From positions 1-44,890 of the forward strand of contig JAUCBJ010006770.1 in NCBI GenBank assembly GCA_032718475.1: a stretch of DNA of 44,890 nucleotides. The letters are read 5' to 3'. The notes beneath the pieces were generated by a model. That model saw only the letters and a program-made list of their open reading frames with translations, had not been told where the DNA came from and ran no database searches. The position numbers and the translations under genes are program-made. Origin of the DNA: Nemertoderma westbladi (lineage: Eukaryota; Animalia; Xenacoelomorpha). Positions 26,982-37,159 of this stretch are shown piece after piece. Position 1 is the first letter of the stretch, and every line of letters begins with the position of its first letter.

Positions 26982-27324
26982 GGATAAATTTTGGGGGGGG
27001 GGGGGGGGGGTCTAGGAACATCCTATTGTTCATTTTCGCTTAGTTGCTGAGATCCTCTCGTCCCCCAAATCCCAGGATTCTATAAAGGCATTCTGCTGGA
27101 CTAGTTCCGTGGCCGGAATAGTGTTCGGTGTTCTGCGAACAGAGAACCTAATCGGTTTAGGGCCCTAAACCGATTAGGTTCTCTGTTCGCAGAACACCGA
27201 ACACCGAACACCGAACAGAATCCCTTTATAGAATCCTGGAATTGTTGGGACGAGAGGATCTCAGCAGCTAAGCGAAAACGAACAATAGGATGTTCCTAGA
27301 CCCCCCCCCCCCAAAAAATCTATC
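26982..27324. repeat. Fold-back (palindromic) element, ~340 bp, centred on GGGCCC at 27160-27165
   Basis: Outer arms (G)nTCTAGGAACATCCTATTGTTC...GGATTCTATAAAGG and CCTTTATAGAATCC...GAACAATAGGATGTTCCTAGA(C)n; perfect zero-spacer inner palindrome of ~42 bp per arm. Confidence 0.9.
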
Positions 27325-28415
27325 TAGAAGACTTTTTCCCATATACATTACGTTTCAAAAGTCTACGGTTCTCCGGCTAGGGCCAATTTGAGTCAAAAAG
27401 TCAGCCTCCCTAGCAACCTCGTTGCTATGCGTACAAGTCCAGAACTGCTAATGCTACGGACTTGGTACCGGCGCCAAACTGTAGGCAGCATATGAGTTTA
27501 CATTGAGGGAGTCTTTTGTGGAGGTGCCCGATCATGATCTTGACTGTGATCAGCAAAGATCAGTTTTGATCAGCAATCGGACACTCAAGGCTTGCTCCAA
27601 TCGAAAAACTTAACATTACAAAAAGATTCAGCGACCCCACATTAGTCATGATTCCCGTTAAAAGATTTTAAAAAAAGTGAATTCTTCCTGATCAAAACGC
27701 AAGATCATGATCGCGCAAAGATCGGACTTTGTAAAATCGTAACTAAGCATTTTGGATATAAACAATTACTGTAGGAAACGTTCAGAACACCGCCCTGAGT
27801 CGATTAAAAAAAAATTTGGCTAGATCGGACAATAGGTTCTCGAGATCTGATACCTGATCATTAAAGATCATATTTTTTGGTTTTTTCCAATTTTCTCGAA
27901 AACTTTGTTTGAGACCCCCGATTTTTTTTTTACGAATCGACTTCTATGGTCAAGGGGCAACTTTTGAGCATTTCGAAATTTTCAAAAAGCGATTTGATCA
28001 GGCCGCGATCAGAAAAGATCGTGTTTTAAAAATGTAGAAAAATATAAATGTAGTACGACGGTGTTGCTACTATGTTCCTTATTTTTTCAACAGCAAAGAT
28101 AGAAAAATCATTGGCTCGAAATTCCCGGGAAGTGATTTCCATGCTGCCGATGTTACCTATCATTATCTCGTGTATAAAGATGCTCACCATGCTTGAAATT
28201 ACATCAGTCTATACTATAATTGGAAATAGCACCTTTTGTTGCAGCGAGCGTCGCATACTGTAGTTGTGTCATATGTTAATTAAATATACAGTACTCTAAT
28301 ATTGTAGTTGCATCAAATATTTTGTTATATACATAGTAATGGTGTTGGTTCATTGATATTTATATTATATTATATTATATTATATTGTATTGTTGAAATA
28401 TCTTAATAATAATAA

Positions 28416-28860
28416 ATGACTGACTTTAATTCAGGTCCATATAATTTAAACTTTCAAATGGGAACGAGTATGATAATTTCTGGCCCATCTGGTTCAGGAA
28501 AGTCAACATTTGTCAGCAATTTAATTAAACACAAGAATGGCTGCTTCAACGAACCCCCCTTGCGAGTATTGTATTGTTACGGGAGCAATCCCCCGACTAT
28601 TCCCGGTTTTACTCACCTTTACAAAGGTTTGCCAGAAAATATAGATAGTTTAGTGAATAGTCGAGATTTATTAATTATAGATGATTTATTAACAGAAACT
28701 GAGTCCAGTACAGCTTTAACTGTATTGTTTACTAAGGTAGCTCATCATTCCAATATATTTATTTGTTTTATAATGCAAAACATGTTTTACGGTGGGAAGC
28801 ATAACCGCACAAGATCAATTATTAGCCATACCTTAGTATTAATGAAAAATCCGCGAGATG
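28416..28860 (+). pseudogene. Polinton/Maverick (adintovirus-like) A32-type DNA-packaging ATPase, 3' truncated
   Basis: Walker A ISGPSGSGKST, VLYCYG, Walker B LLIIDDL, then LFTKVAHH, FIMQNMF and LVLMKNPRD. After 28860 the sequence is antisense PB1, so the rest of the listed ORF is chimeric. Confidence 0.85.
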
Positions 28861-29352
28861 TAAAGTTAATTGGGTTAATAGGGTTCATCACCCGCTGCAT
28901 ATACGAATCAGGGTAGATGCCAAGGTGCCACCCAAGCGCCCAGTGGTTACAGGTTAGAGTGCTGGTTGGTGGCCCACCATGACATGGATGCATAGAGCTG
29001 ACCGTTAATTCTGAGGTTTCTTCAAACAGCTGACTTAAGACGCGCATGTGAGCTGCACCACGGGGATTAGGTACTGCAAAGTAGTCCAACTTGTAGTTCC
29101 TTTCTATTATGCCCAAAGCTATTGGAACCAAACATGGGTCCAAAGAGCCTTTCTGACAGCTCTCTCTTAATGACTTCGCTAAACATTCTAGGTCAATAGA
29201 CGGGTTTTTAACCAAGCGGGAGGAGCGTTGGAAGCTCGGTCGAAAAGTTCCCTAGATACTTACCCAAGTTGTGCACTGAGTTATACTCCCAATAGTCTCC
29301 CTTTTCAATTCCGTATGTTTTAGGCATGGAATCGTTGGTTCCCAGAGCTCTT
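28857..29352 (-). pseudogene. PB1: Endogenous viral element: Articulavirales PB1 fragment, copy A (internal ~495 nt)
   Basis: Near-identical to 35142-35636 (by eye about 8 substitutions plus a 1-bp G insertion near 29220 that frameshifts it). Encodes NFSTELP, GKNPSIDL, CHGGPP and DSYMQRVMNPINP. Confidence 0.88.
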
Positions 29353-30113
29353 CCTATCTATATATCTTACCTATCTTTATAGTCTAGTCCTATCTGTCCG
29401 TTTGTCTGTCTTTTTATTCTGTCTGTCAAAATATAAAAAAATACACCAGACCTAACTAAAGATATTGCTATGGGGTTTTTCTGGTCTGTGATATCGATTC
29501 TGGTATCAGTTTCTACAATTTATGGAGTCTAGTCCTATCTGCCCGTCTGTCGGTCTTTTTAGTCTGTCTGTCAAAATATAAAAAATACACCAGACCTAAC
29601 TAAAAATTTTGCTATGGGGTTTTTCTGGTCTGTTAATTCGTTTCTGGTATCAGTTTCTAGGATTCCTATTGGTACCATATCTGACCATTATAGTTTGTTT
29701 ATTAAAGTAGAACTACCAGTTGTTTAAAACGCCATTGATACAAACCAATAACAAACAACCTAACAGATAACTGAATACATAAATAGGCCTGCTATTATTA
29801 AGCTAATTCCTGGTTTATTTGTTTATTTTTATGTAACATTTACCGGAACCAAACTGCACCTAAAACTATCTGACTACATGACTATGTTGTAATACCTTCT
29901 GATTTTCAGTGGTCTATATTCTGATTTCCAGCAGTCTATATTCCGATATTAGACTAATTTTAATTTCGTTCCCATGGTACCCAATATTGGCAGGAGGCAG
30001 TGAAGGGCAATATTCAGTTAATCGGCATTATATCGGTAAGTAGATTATTAAATAAATTATATTGATTTAGATAATAATAAAATAATTAATGTAATTAATT
30101 AATTTAAGTGTTA

Positions 30114-30395
30114 AAGTAAAAAAGTAAATTTTCTTCGGCCACTAGGCCAGGGATTACGCACAAAGTCTGACGACTTATTTCCAGTGCGGTCCCCCCAGAA
30201 CTTTACTCCCCAGAGGAAACTCCAGTACTCATTTAGCTACCACTTAAGGATGCAAGGCAGAGATGCGCCCTGGCTGGTCCCTTTAAAGCATTCGTGCCGA
30301 AACGAAAACTGCCCTGGCCCATGTGAGGATCGAACCCACGACCTACAGGAGATGTGAATTCAATGCAACCACTACACCAAGGTGAAACCTTGGTG
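30114..30395 (-). mobile_element. tRNA-derived SINE (second family)
   Basis: Absent from the duplicate at ~36830 and flanked by a GTTA direct repeat. Minus strand has A box TGGTGTAGTGG, B box GGTTCGATCC, core ..GCCTTGCATCC...AAATGAGTACTGG and a (TTTAC)-type tail. Confidence 0.85.
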
Positions 30396-30630
30396 GTTAG
30401 GTATAATGATTATTACTTTCTATGGTATATGGTACGGTACTGAATTAGACTATAGGCCTAATTAATTAATTTAAAGTATTGTAATAAATGAGGTCTATTA
30501 AATTATTTCCTGTAATAATATGCCGGTTATCTTTACAGAAATCCACAGCCCGGATGTAGCTCCCAGTTCCTTCAATCCGGTTGATAACATCCCCAGTTCC
30601 AGAATTTATAATATAAATCAACTCCTAGTT

Positions 30631-33600
30631 CACAGTGTGCCTGAAATCGAATCTTGGGACTTGAAAATGCCCAGACAAAAGGAGACTATTTCTAGGATCA
30701 GTTTTCTGCGCAGAATTCAAAATAAGAAAAACGAAAATATTTTATGGAGCCCTTCGGGATTTATTTACTGAATATTTAATTAATTAACCAATATTAATAC
30801 TAATATTATAAATTTATTTAACTGAAAATGCCCAGACAAAGTGAGACCATTTCTAGGGTCAGTTTTCTGAGCTGATTTCAAAACAAGAAAAATTAAAAAA
30901 TTTTACGGAGCCCTTCAGGATTTATTTACTGAATATTTAATTAATTAACCAATATTAATACTAATATCATAAATTTATTTAACTGAAAATGCCCAGACAA
31001 AGTGAGACCATTTCTAGTGTCAGTTTTCTGAGCTGATTTCAAAAAAAGAAAAACGAAAAAATTTTACGGAGCCCTTCAGCATTTATTTAATAAATTATTT
31101 AATTAATTAACTAAAATTAATAATAATTATTGTTATAAATTTCTTTAACTATAAATGTCAGGTCATAATAAGCTATATGGAGCAGCTACCATGCATAGTT
31201 AGTACACAGGAAGTATTTTCAGCTTTTCTACACTGACCGTTCGTAATAATTTAATATTATTAGTTAATTTTAACATTAGTTATGTAATATTACCGAATTT
31301 AGGTAAATTCTACATTTACGCAAACATAAACAGGCGAATATATAGACATAAAAATAAAATCAAAATATAATAATATAATCTAATAATATAATTTATAATT
31401 TAATTTAATCGACCATTCCATGCTGGAATTTTAGTCCTGTTACTTTGCAAAGTAACAGGACTAAAATTCCAGCATGGAATGGTCGATTAAATTCGATTTG
31501 AATTTCCCTCTCCATTCTACAAATTTGTAGAATGGAGAGGGAAATTCAAATCGAATACTGAATCAATGTTCTGAATTATAAGTTCTGTGATATACCGTTA
31601 TTCCTATGGTACCTCTTCATTACTGTAAATTAATTTAATTTGTTTCTTACTGGTAGAATATAATGCCTAAACAGGTTAGAAGCCATGAAGATGCCCGGAA
31701 TGCAATTTGTGCTTTATGTTTCGGTAAAACGAAAGAAATGCGGAAGATTAACGAAAAACACGAGGAACTAATACGATTGTTCGTTATCAAGGAAGGTTAC
31801 AGTTCCAACGATGATCGTTTGCCGACATCTATATGCTCAACGTGTCGTACTGCGCTCCAGGACTATTCCAAGGGAAAGTTTATGCGTAAAATAAAACTTT
31901 TCGACCACTCACTTCTTAACAGGCCGATAACAAGGGCATCGCACTTTTCAAACGTCGGCGGAGAATGTTTATGTCTTGTTTGCAAGGCAGCGAGAATATC
32001 TGCCCTCGGTGGAGTGGAAAGGCTTCCAACCGACCCTTCTCCACATGATCGACGGGGTCACCCTCCATCTAAACAACAAATTGGGCCTATCCCTGTCACA
32101 GATATTGCTGGAAGTGCACCAAAACCAATTAAGTTGTGCAGTTTCTGCTTTTCAACAGTAGGACCCGGTTTGAGTCATACATGTAACCGGTCAACTCGAG
32201 TTGCTAATTTAGCTGAACTTGCAGCAACACCCTCGACCAAAGAAAAGCTTACTAGGAATCTAATAAACCAGGCAACTGATGATAATTCTGCATCCACTTC
32301 GCAATTAAACTTGAGTAAAAGTAACGGTGGTTGGCCTTTGCATATTGAAGTTGGATCGAAACGTCGACTAGAAGGTACAGAGGAAGTTAGTCAGTGCTCG
32401 ACAGCTAAGCGTACCTTGTTTACTACCGAGGATATGTCTCAAATACAGGTTGATTTAAATCTGAGTTCCAACAAGTTGATACGTCTAGCCACTCACATTC
32501 GTACATCTACCGATAATAGATGTGTTATAGAGCCACATTTAAGGGAAAACTTGCGAAAAACTAATCATCAACTGGACCAATTTTTCGATGTTCAGGTCAT
32601 GAATTTTATAGCAAAGGAAGCAAATGGTAATAAATTTGAGACATCTCCAAGGAGTGCAGTTTTTTGCACAAATACAGAGAATCTGGTGCAGTATATAATC
32701 CAACAGCGGGAAAGCTTTGATCGCTCATTGCAGTGGAAGATAGGCATTGATGGTGGAGGTGGTTTCATGAAATTGTGTTTAAGTTTGGTGTCAATTCCAA
32801 ACTCTTCGATTTCTGCCAGCAACACTGAAAAAACTCATCGACATTGTTATACTGATGGAGTTGCTGCAAAGAATCGGTTGGAAAGTGGTGTAAAAAGAAT
32901 AATTATTCTCTTTACTGCCCCAGACGTACAGGAAAGCTACACGAATCTTCTAAAGATTTGGCTTAAGCTTGATCTATCGCCTACATTTGCCAAGCTATCA
33001 CCATCTCCATTTATTGCCTGTGATCTAAAGCTTGCCAATATCATCGTTGGGCTTATGGCTCATGGTGCTAGTTTTCCTTGTTGTTGGTGTGAGTCACACC
33101 GGTCTAATCTAGTAGAGATTGGCACAATGCGAACACTGAGGAACATTGAAGAACATTTTTGGTCGTGGAATAGTGAGACTGCGCGGGATGGTAAAAAGGC
33201 TAAGAAGTTTGCAAACTGTGCTCATGTTCCAATTGAAATAGGAAATAAGGAAAATTTGGTGCTAGATTTAATTCCACCACCAGAACTGCACCTGTTGACA
33301 GGCACTGTTAACACCATGTATGATGGCCTTTCCAAGGTTTGGCCTGACATTATCAAGTGGCCACAAGCCTGTAATGTTCAACGCGATGCCCTACATGGTG
33401 GCACATTTAATGGCAATTCATGTAGAACACTTCTAAAAGCTGTGGACAAACTTCGTCAGATCTGTCCCAATGAATATAAAGACTTTACTGATACGTTTCA
33501 TTGTTTCAACGATGTAGTCAAATCCTGTTTCGGAAAACAGTTAGAAACTAACTTTGATCAAAAAATTGGTAAATTCCAGCAGCTATATATGACTCTCAAC

Positions 33601-34556
33601 ATCAGTGTGACACCAAAGGTGCATGCTGTGTTCTTTCATGTAGTCCAATTCTGCAAGAGCAGAAACTTAGCTCTTGGTTACTTTAGTGAGCAAGCTTCAG
33701 AGTCTGTGCATTATGACTTTATGCAAACCTGGTTGAAGTATAAAGTTGGCATTGAACACCCTTCTTTCGGACGCCACTTGTTCCAGGCCGTTACTGAGTA
33801 TAACTCTAAGCACGTCTAGCGTAGTCGCTATTTGGCCTATTTGTTTAATATACGGCTTGTTTACTATTTTGAATTGAACATTGTTTCTTTCATTTCTCTT
33901 CCACTTGATCAAGCTGTATCCTTCCCCATCAAAACTACGAAGTAATCTGGTGTAAATGTAGCGACAGTCCAGTTGATTTGATATATTTGACTCATATATG
34001 GTAGCCGAATATTATGGCCGGACACTCGTAGTTAAATAAATTCATACCGGTAGGCCTACTATTATTATCAATATTAGTTAATTAATTATATATTCAGTAA
34101 ATAAATCGTGAAGGGTTCCATAAAATAATTTAGTTTTTCTTTTTTTTGAATTCAGCGCAGAAAACTGATCCTAGAAATGGTCTCACTTTGTCGGGGCATT
34201 TTCAGTTAAATAAATTTATAATACTATTACTAATAATAGTTAATAATTAAATATTCAGTAAATAAATCCCGAAGGGCTCCATAAAATATTATTGTTTTTC
34301 TTTTTTTGAATTCAGCGCAGAAAACTGATCCTAGAAATGGTCTCACTTTGTCGGGGCATTTTCAGTTAAATAAATTTATAATACTATTACTAATAATAGT
34401 TAAATAATTAAATATTCAGTAAATAAATCCCGAAGGGCTCCATAAAATATTTTCGTTTTTCTTATTTTGAATTCAGCGCAGAAAACTGATCCTAGAAATA
34501 GTCTCCTTTTGTCTGGGCATTTTCAAGTCCCAAGATTCGATTTCAGGCACACTGTG
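30631..34556 (+). mobile_element. Complete Chapaev-type (CMC; RAG1/Transib-related fold) DNA transposon, 3926 bp
   Basis: TIRs begin CACAGTGTGCCTGAAATCGAATCTTGGGACTTGAAAATGCCCAGACAAAAGG at both ends and extend into ~140-bp subterminal repeats (~30660-31140 and ~34075-34530). 4-bp TSD AGTT at 30627-30630 and 34557-34560; empty site at 37062-37065. Confidence 0.92.
31663..33819 (+). CDS. Intact DDE transposase, Chapaev-type, with N-terminal Chapa/RAG1-like zinc finger
   Basis: 718-aa uninterrupted ORF. H-x7-CxxC...D..LP...CxxC...CxCxxC N-terminus; catalytic-region motifs IGIDGGGG, CDLKL..CCWC, PPELHL, FNGN, TPKVHAVFFH and SEQASESVH. Confidence 0.88.
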   Translation: MPKQVRSHEDARNAICALCFGKTKEMRKINEKHEELIRLFVIKEGYSSNDDRLPTSICSTCRTALQDYSKGKFMRKIKLFDHSLLNRPITRASHFSNVGGECLCLVCKAARISALGGVERLPTDPSPHDRRGHPPSKQQIGPIPVTDIAGSAPKPIKLCSFCFSTVGPGLSHTCNRSTRVANLAELAATPSTKEKLTRNLINQATDDNSASTSQLNLSKSNGGWPLHIEVGSKRRLEGTEEVSQCSTAKRTLFTTEDMSQIQVDLNLSSNKLIRLATHIRTSTDNRCVIEPHLRENLRKTNHQLDQFFDVQVMNFIAKEANGNKFETSPRSAVFCTNTENLVQYIIQQRESFDRSLQWKIGIDGGGGFMKLCLSLVSIPNSSISASNTEKTHRHCYTDGVAAKNRLESGVKRIIILFTAPDVQESYTNLLKIWLKLDLSPTFAKLSPSPFIACDLKLANIIVGLMAHGASFPCCWCESHRSNLVEIGTMRTLRNIEEHFWSWNSETARDGKKAKKFANCAHVPIEIGNKENLVLDLIPPPELHLLTGTVNTMYDGLSKVWPDIIKWPQACNVQRDALHGGTFNGNSCRTLLKAVDKLRQICPNEYKDFTDTFHCFNDVVKSCFGKQLETNFDQKIGKFQQLYMTLNISVTPKVHAVFFHVVQFCKSRNLALGYFSEQASESVHYDFMQTWLKYKVGIEHPSFGRHLFQAVTEYNSKHV

Positions 34557-34730
34557 AGTTCCCAACAGCAGATAATCTCAACCCGTTGGGACTCAATACG
34601 ATCCGCAGGACCCCAGGAGTTGCTTCCTGTCTCCACAAGGTCTCCCCTGAACCAACAACGAAGTGATGGGATCCTCCCACCCACATCTACCGACACCACA
34701 GACTCCCCATCCGAACACCAACCCAGACTG

Positions 34731-35817
34731 TTTTTTTTTCTTTAACAAACTAACAATTGCCCCTATAAAGGGAGCTATTCATTAATTACTGTAAAGTATC
34801 ACAGATCGTTTTTAGTTCTTTTAGTGCTGATTTAAACTCAGCCCCCTCTTCAGGGGTTAAATCTGACATTTCTGTCACTGTACAGTATCTACTGTAGAGA
34901 GTCTTAGCTACTGAAGCACTACTCTGCATATTGAACATTGATATGTCTCTCGCACATTTCCCAAGGCCTGTGTTGAATGAAGCGTCTGTATTTCCTAGCC
35001 CGGTTTATTCGGAGATTACCCTCAGTCGTATTCAGACATTTTCGATTGTCCCGGAAGGCGATCGACATATAGCCAGGTGAAAATTCGGCCTCTATTTCGC
35101 TTCTTTTGCTGCTCGAAAATAACACCAAATCTTTGTTGTCGGATGTAAAGTTAGTTGGGTTAATAGGGTTCATCACCCGCTGCATATACGAATCAGGGTA
35201 GATGCCAAGGTGCCACCCAAGCGCCCAGTGGTTACAGGTTAGAGTGCTGGTTGGTGGCCCACTGTGACATGGATGCGTAGAGCCGACCGTTAATTCTGAG
35301 GTTTCTTCAAACAGCTGACTTAAGACGCGCATGTGAGCTGCACCATGGGGATTAGGTACTGCAAAGTAGTCCAACTTGTAGTTCCTTTCTATTATGCCCA
35401 AAGCTATTGGAACCAAACATGGGTCCAAAGAGCCTTTCTGACAGCTCTCTCTTAAAGACTTCGCTAAACATTCTAGGTCAATAGACGGGTTTTTACCAAG
35501 CGGGAGGAGCGTTGGAAGCTCGGTCGAAAAGTTCCCTAGATACTTACCCAAGTTGTGCACTGAGTTATACTCCCAATAGTCTCCCTTTTCAATTCCGTAT
35601 GTTTTAGGTATGGAATCGTTGGTTCCCAGAGCTCTTTCAAAGAGGCTATTTGCCATTGCTGCTAAACAAATCGAAAAGAATTTGAGCTTTCAATGACTTT
35701 CCAGTATTTCCTGCCAAATACTTGTCTTATTTTCTTTGATCCACTCTCTTGCGTAGTCCTGAATTACAAGTTCTGATTTGATAATAGATACAAAGTCGTC
35801 ACTACTTTGGATTTTAC
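34731..35817 (-). pseudogene. PB1: Endogenous viral element: Articulavirales (orthomyxovirus-like) PB1 C-terminal half, copy B, with 3' UTR and poly(A)
   Basis: Upstream of the listed ORF, past an in-frame TGA at 35690-35692, the frame reads KIQSSDDFVSI (motif C, 35792-35809). It continues LGTNDSIPKTY (D), WEYNS (E), NFSTELP, GKNPSIDL, LDP, DSYMQRVMNPINP and RDNRKCLNT, collinear with influenza PB1 QSSDDF, GINMS.KKSY, FEFTS, NFSMELP, GINESADM, LGP, DYQGRLCNPLNP and RNRSILNT. After a frameshift near 34980 it ends ...EEGAEFKSALKELKTICDTLQ* (stop 34786-34788). A-tract at 34731-34743. Confidence 0.92.
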
Positions 35818-35821
35818 TTAA

Positions 35822-36400
35822 GGGGAGATGGAACCTTTAAAATTTTCAAAAAAATAAATTTTTTGAGGTTTTTTTTTTAGTTGTTTAAGATCACAATTTT
35901 CCGTAGATTATGGATATTGACACTTTAAAACCATATCATGAGCCCAAACCGCTTGAAACTCTGTCTGTTTGTCGGTTAGTTTGTTTTTTGTCTGCTTGTG
36001 AATATACAGTGTAAAAAATTTCACTACATTTAGCTAAAACTTTTGGCTATGGGGTTTTCCTGGTCTGAGATTTCATTTAAGGTATCAGTTTCTAAAATTT
36101 AATTGATCTAGTCCTATCTGTCCGTTTGTCTGTCTTTTTATTCTGTATGTCAAAATATAAAAAAATACACCAGACCTAACTAAAGATATTGCTATGGGGT
36201 TTTTCTGGTCTTAATATCGTTTCTGGTATCAGTTTCTACAATTTATGGAGTCTAGTCCTATCTGTCCGTATGTCGGTCTTTTTAGTCTGTCTGTCAAAAT
36301 ATAAAAAATACACCAGACCTAACTAAAAATTTTGCTATGGGGTTTTTCTGGTCTGTTAATTCGTTTCTGGTATCAGTTTCTAGGATTCCTATTGGTACCA
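35822..36400. mobile_element. One end of a non-autonomous DNA-transposon-like repeat with ~140-bp internal tandem units (possibly Kolobok-type)
   Basis: Starts right after TTAA (35818-35821) with GGGGAGATGGAACC and truncates PB1. About three units of GCTATGGGGTTTT(T/C)CTGGTCT...GGTATCAGTTTCTA. No matching opposite TIR found. Confidence 0.45.
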
Positions 36401-37159
36401 TCTGACCATTATAGTTTGTTTATTTAATTATAACTACCAGTTGGTTAAAACGCCATTGATACAAACCAATAACAAACAACCTAACAGATAACTGAATACA
36501 TAAATAGGCCTGCTATTATTAAGCTAATTCCTGGTTTATTTGTTTATTTTTATGTTACATTGACCGGAACCAAACTGCACCTAAAACTATCTGACTACAT
36601 GACTATGTTGTAATACCTTCTGATTTTCAGTGGTCTATATTCTGATTTCCAGCGGTCTATATTCTGATATTAGACTAATTTTAATTTCGTTCCCATGGTA
36701 CCCAATATTGGCAGGAGGCAGTGAAGGGCAATATTCAGTTAATCGGCATCATATCGGTAAGTAGATTATTAAATAAATTAAATAGATTTAGAGAATAATA
36801 AAATAATTAATGTAATTAATTCATTTAAGTGTTAGGTATAATGATTATTACTTTCTATGGTACATGGTACGGTACTGAATTAGACTATAGACTATTAATT
36901 AATTTAAAGTGTTGTAATAAATGAGGTCTATTAATTAATTACCTGTAATAATATGCCGGTTATCTTTACAGAAATCCACAGCACGGATGTAGCTCCCGCA
37001 GTTCCTTCAATCCGGTTGATAACATCCCCAGTTCCAGAATTTATAATATAAATCAACTCCTAGTTCCCAACAGCAGCGAATCTCAACCCGTTGGGACTCA
37101 ATATGATCCGCAGGACCCCAGGAGTTGCTTCCTGTCTCCACAAGGTCTCCCCTGAACCA

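Larger units (their letters stand above)
28857..37159. repeat. Tandem segmental duplication: copy A 28857-~34654 (with SINE and Chapaev insertions), copy B 35142-~37159
   Basis: 29381-30630 matches 36107-37065 apart from the SINE; 34557-34654 matches 37062-37159. Confidence 0.9.

Noticed and set aside
30631-30700. True RSS / ProtoRAG transposon
   Set aside because: Heptamer only; no ACAAAAACC at 12 or 23 bp, 4-bp TSD and no RAG2-like ORF.
34919-35656. PB2-like or novel intact 245-aa protein
   Set aside because: The upstream QSSDDF and collinear motifs identify a broken PB1; the ORF start and stop are products of decay.
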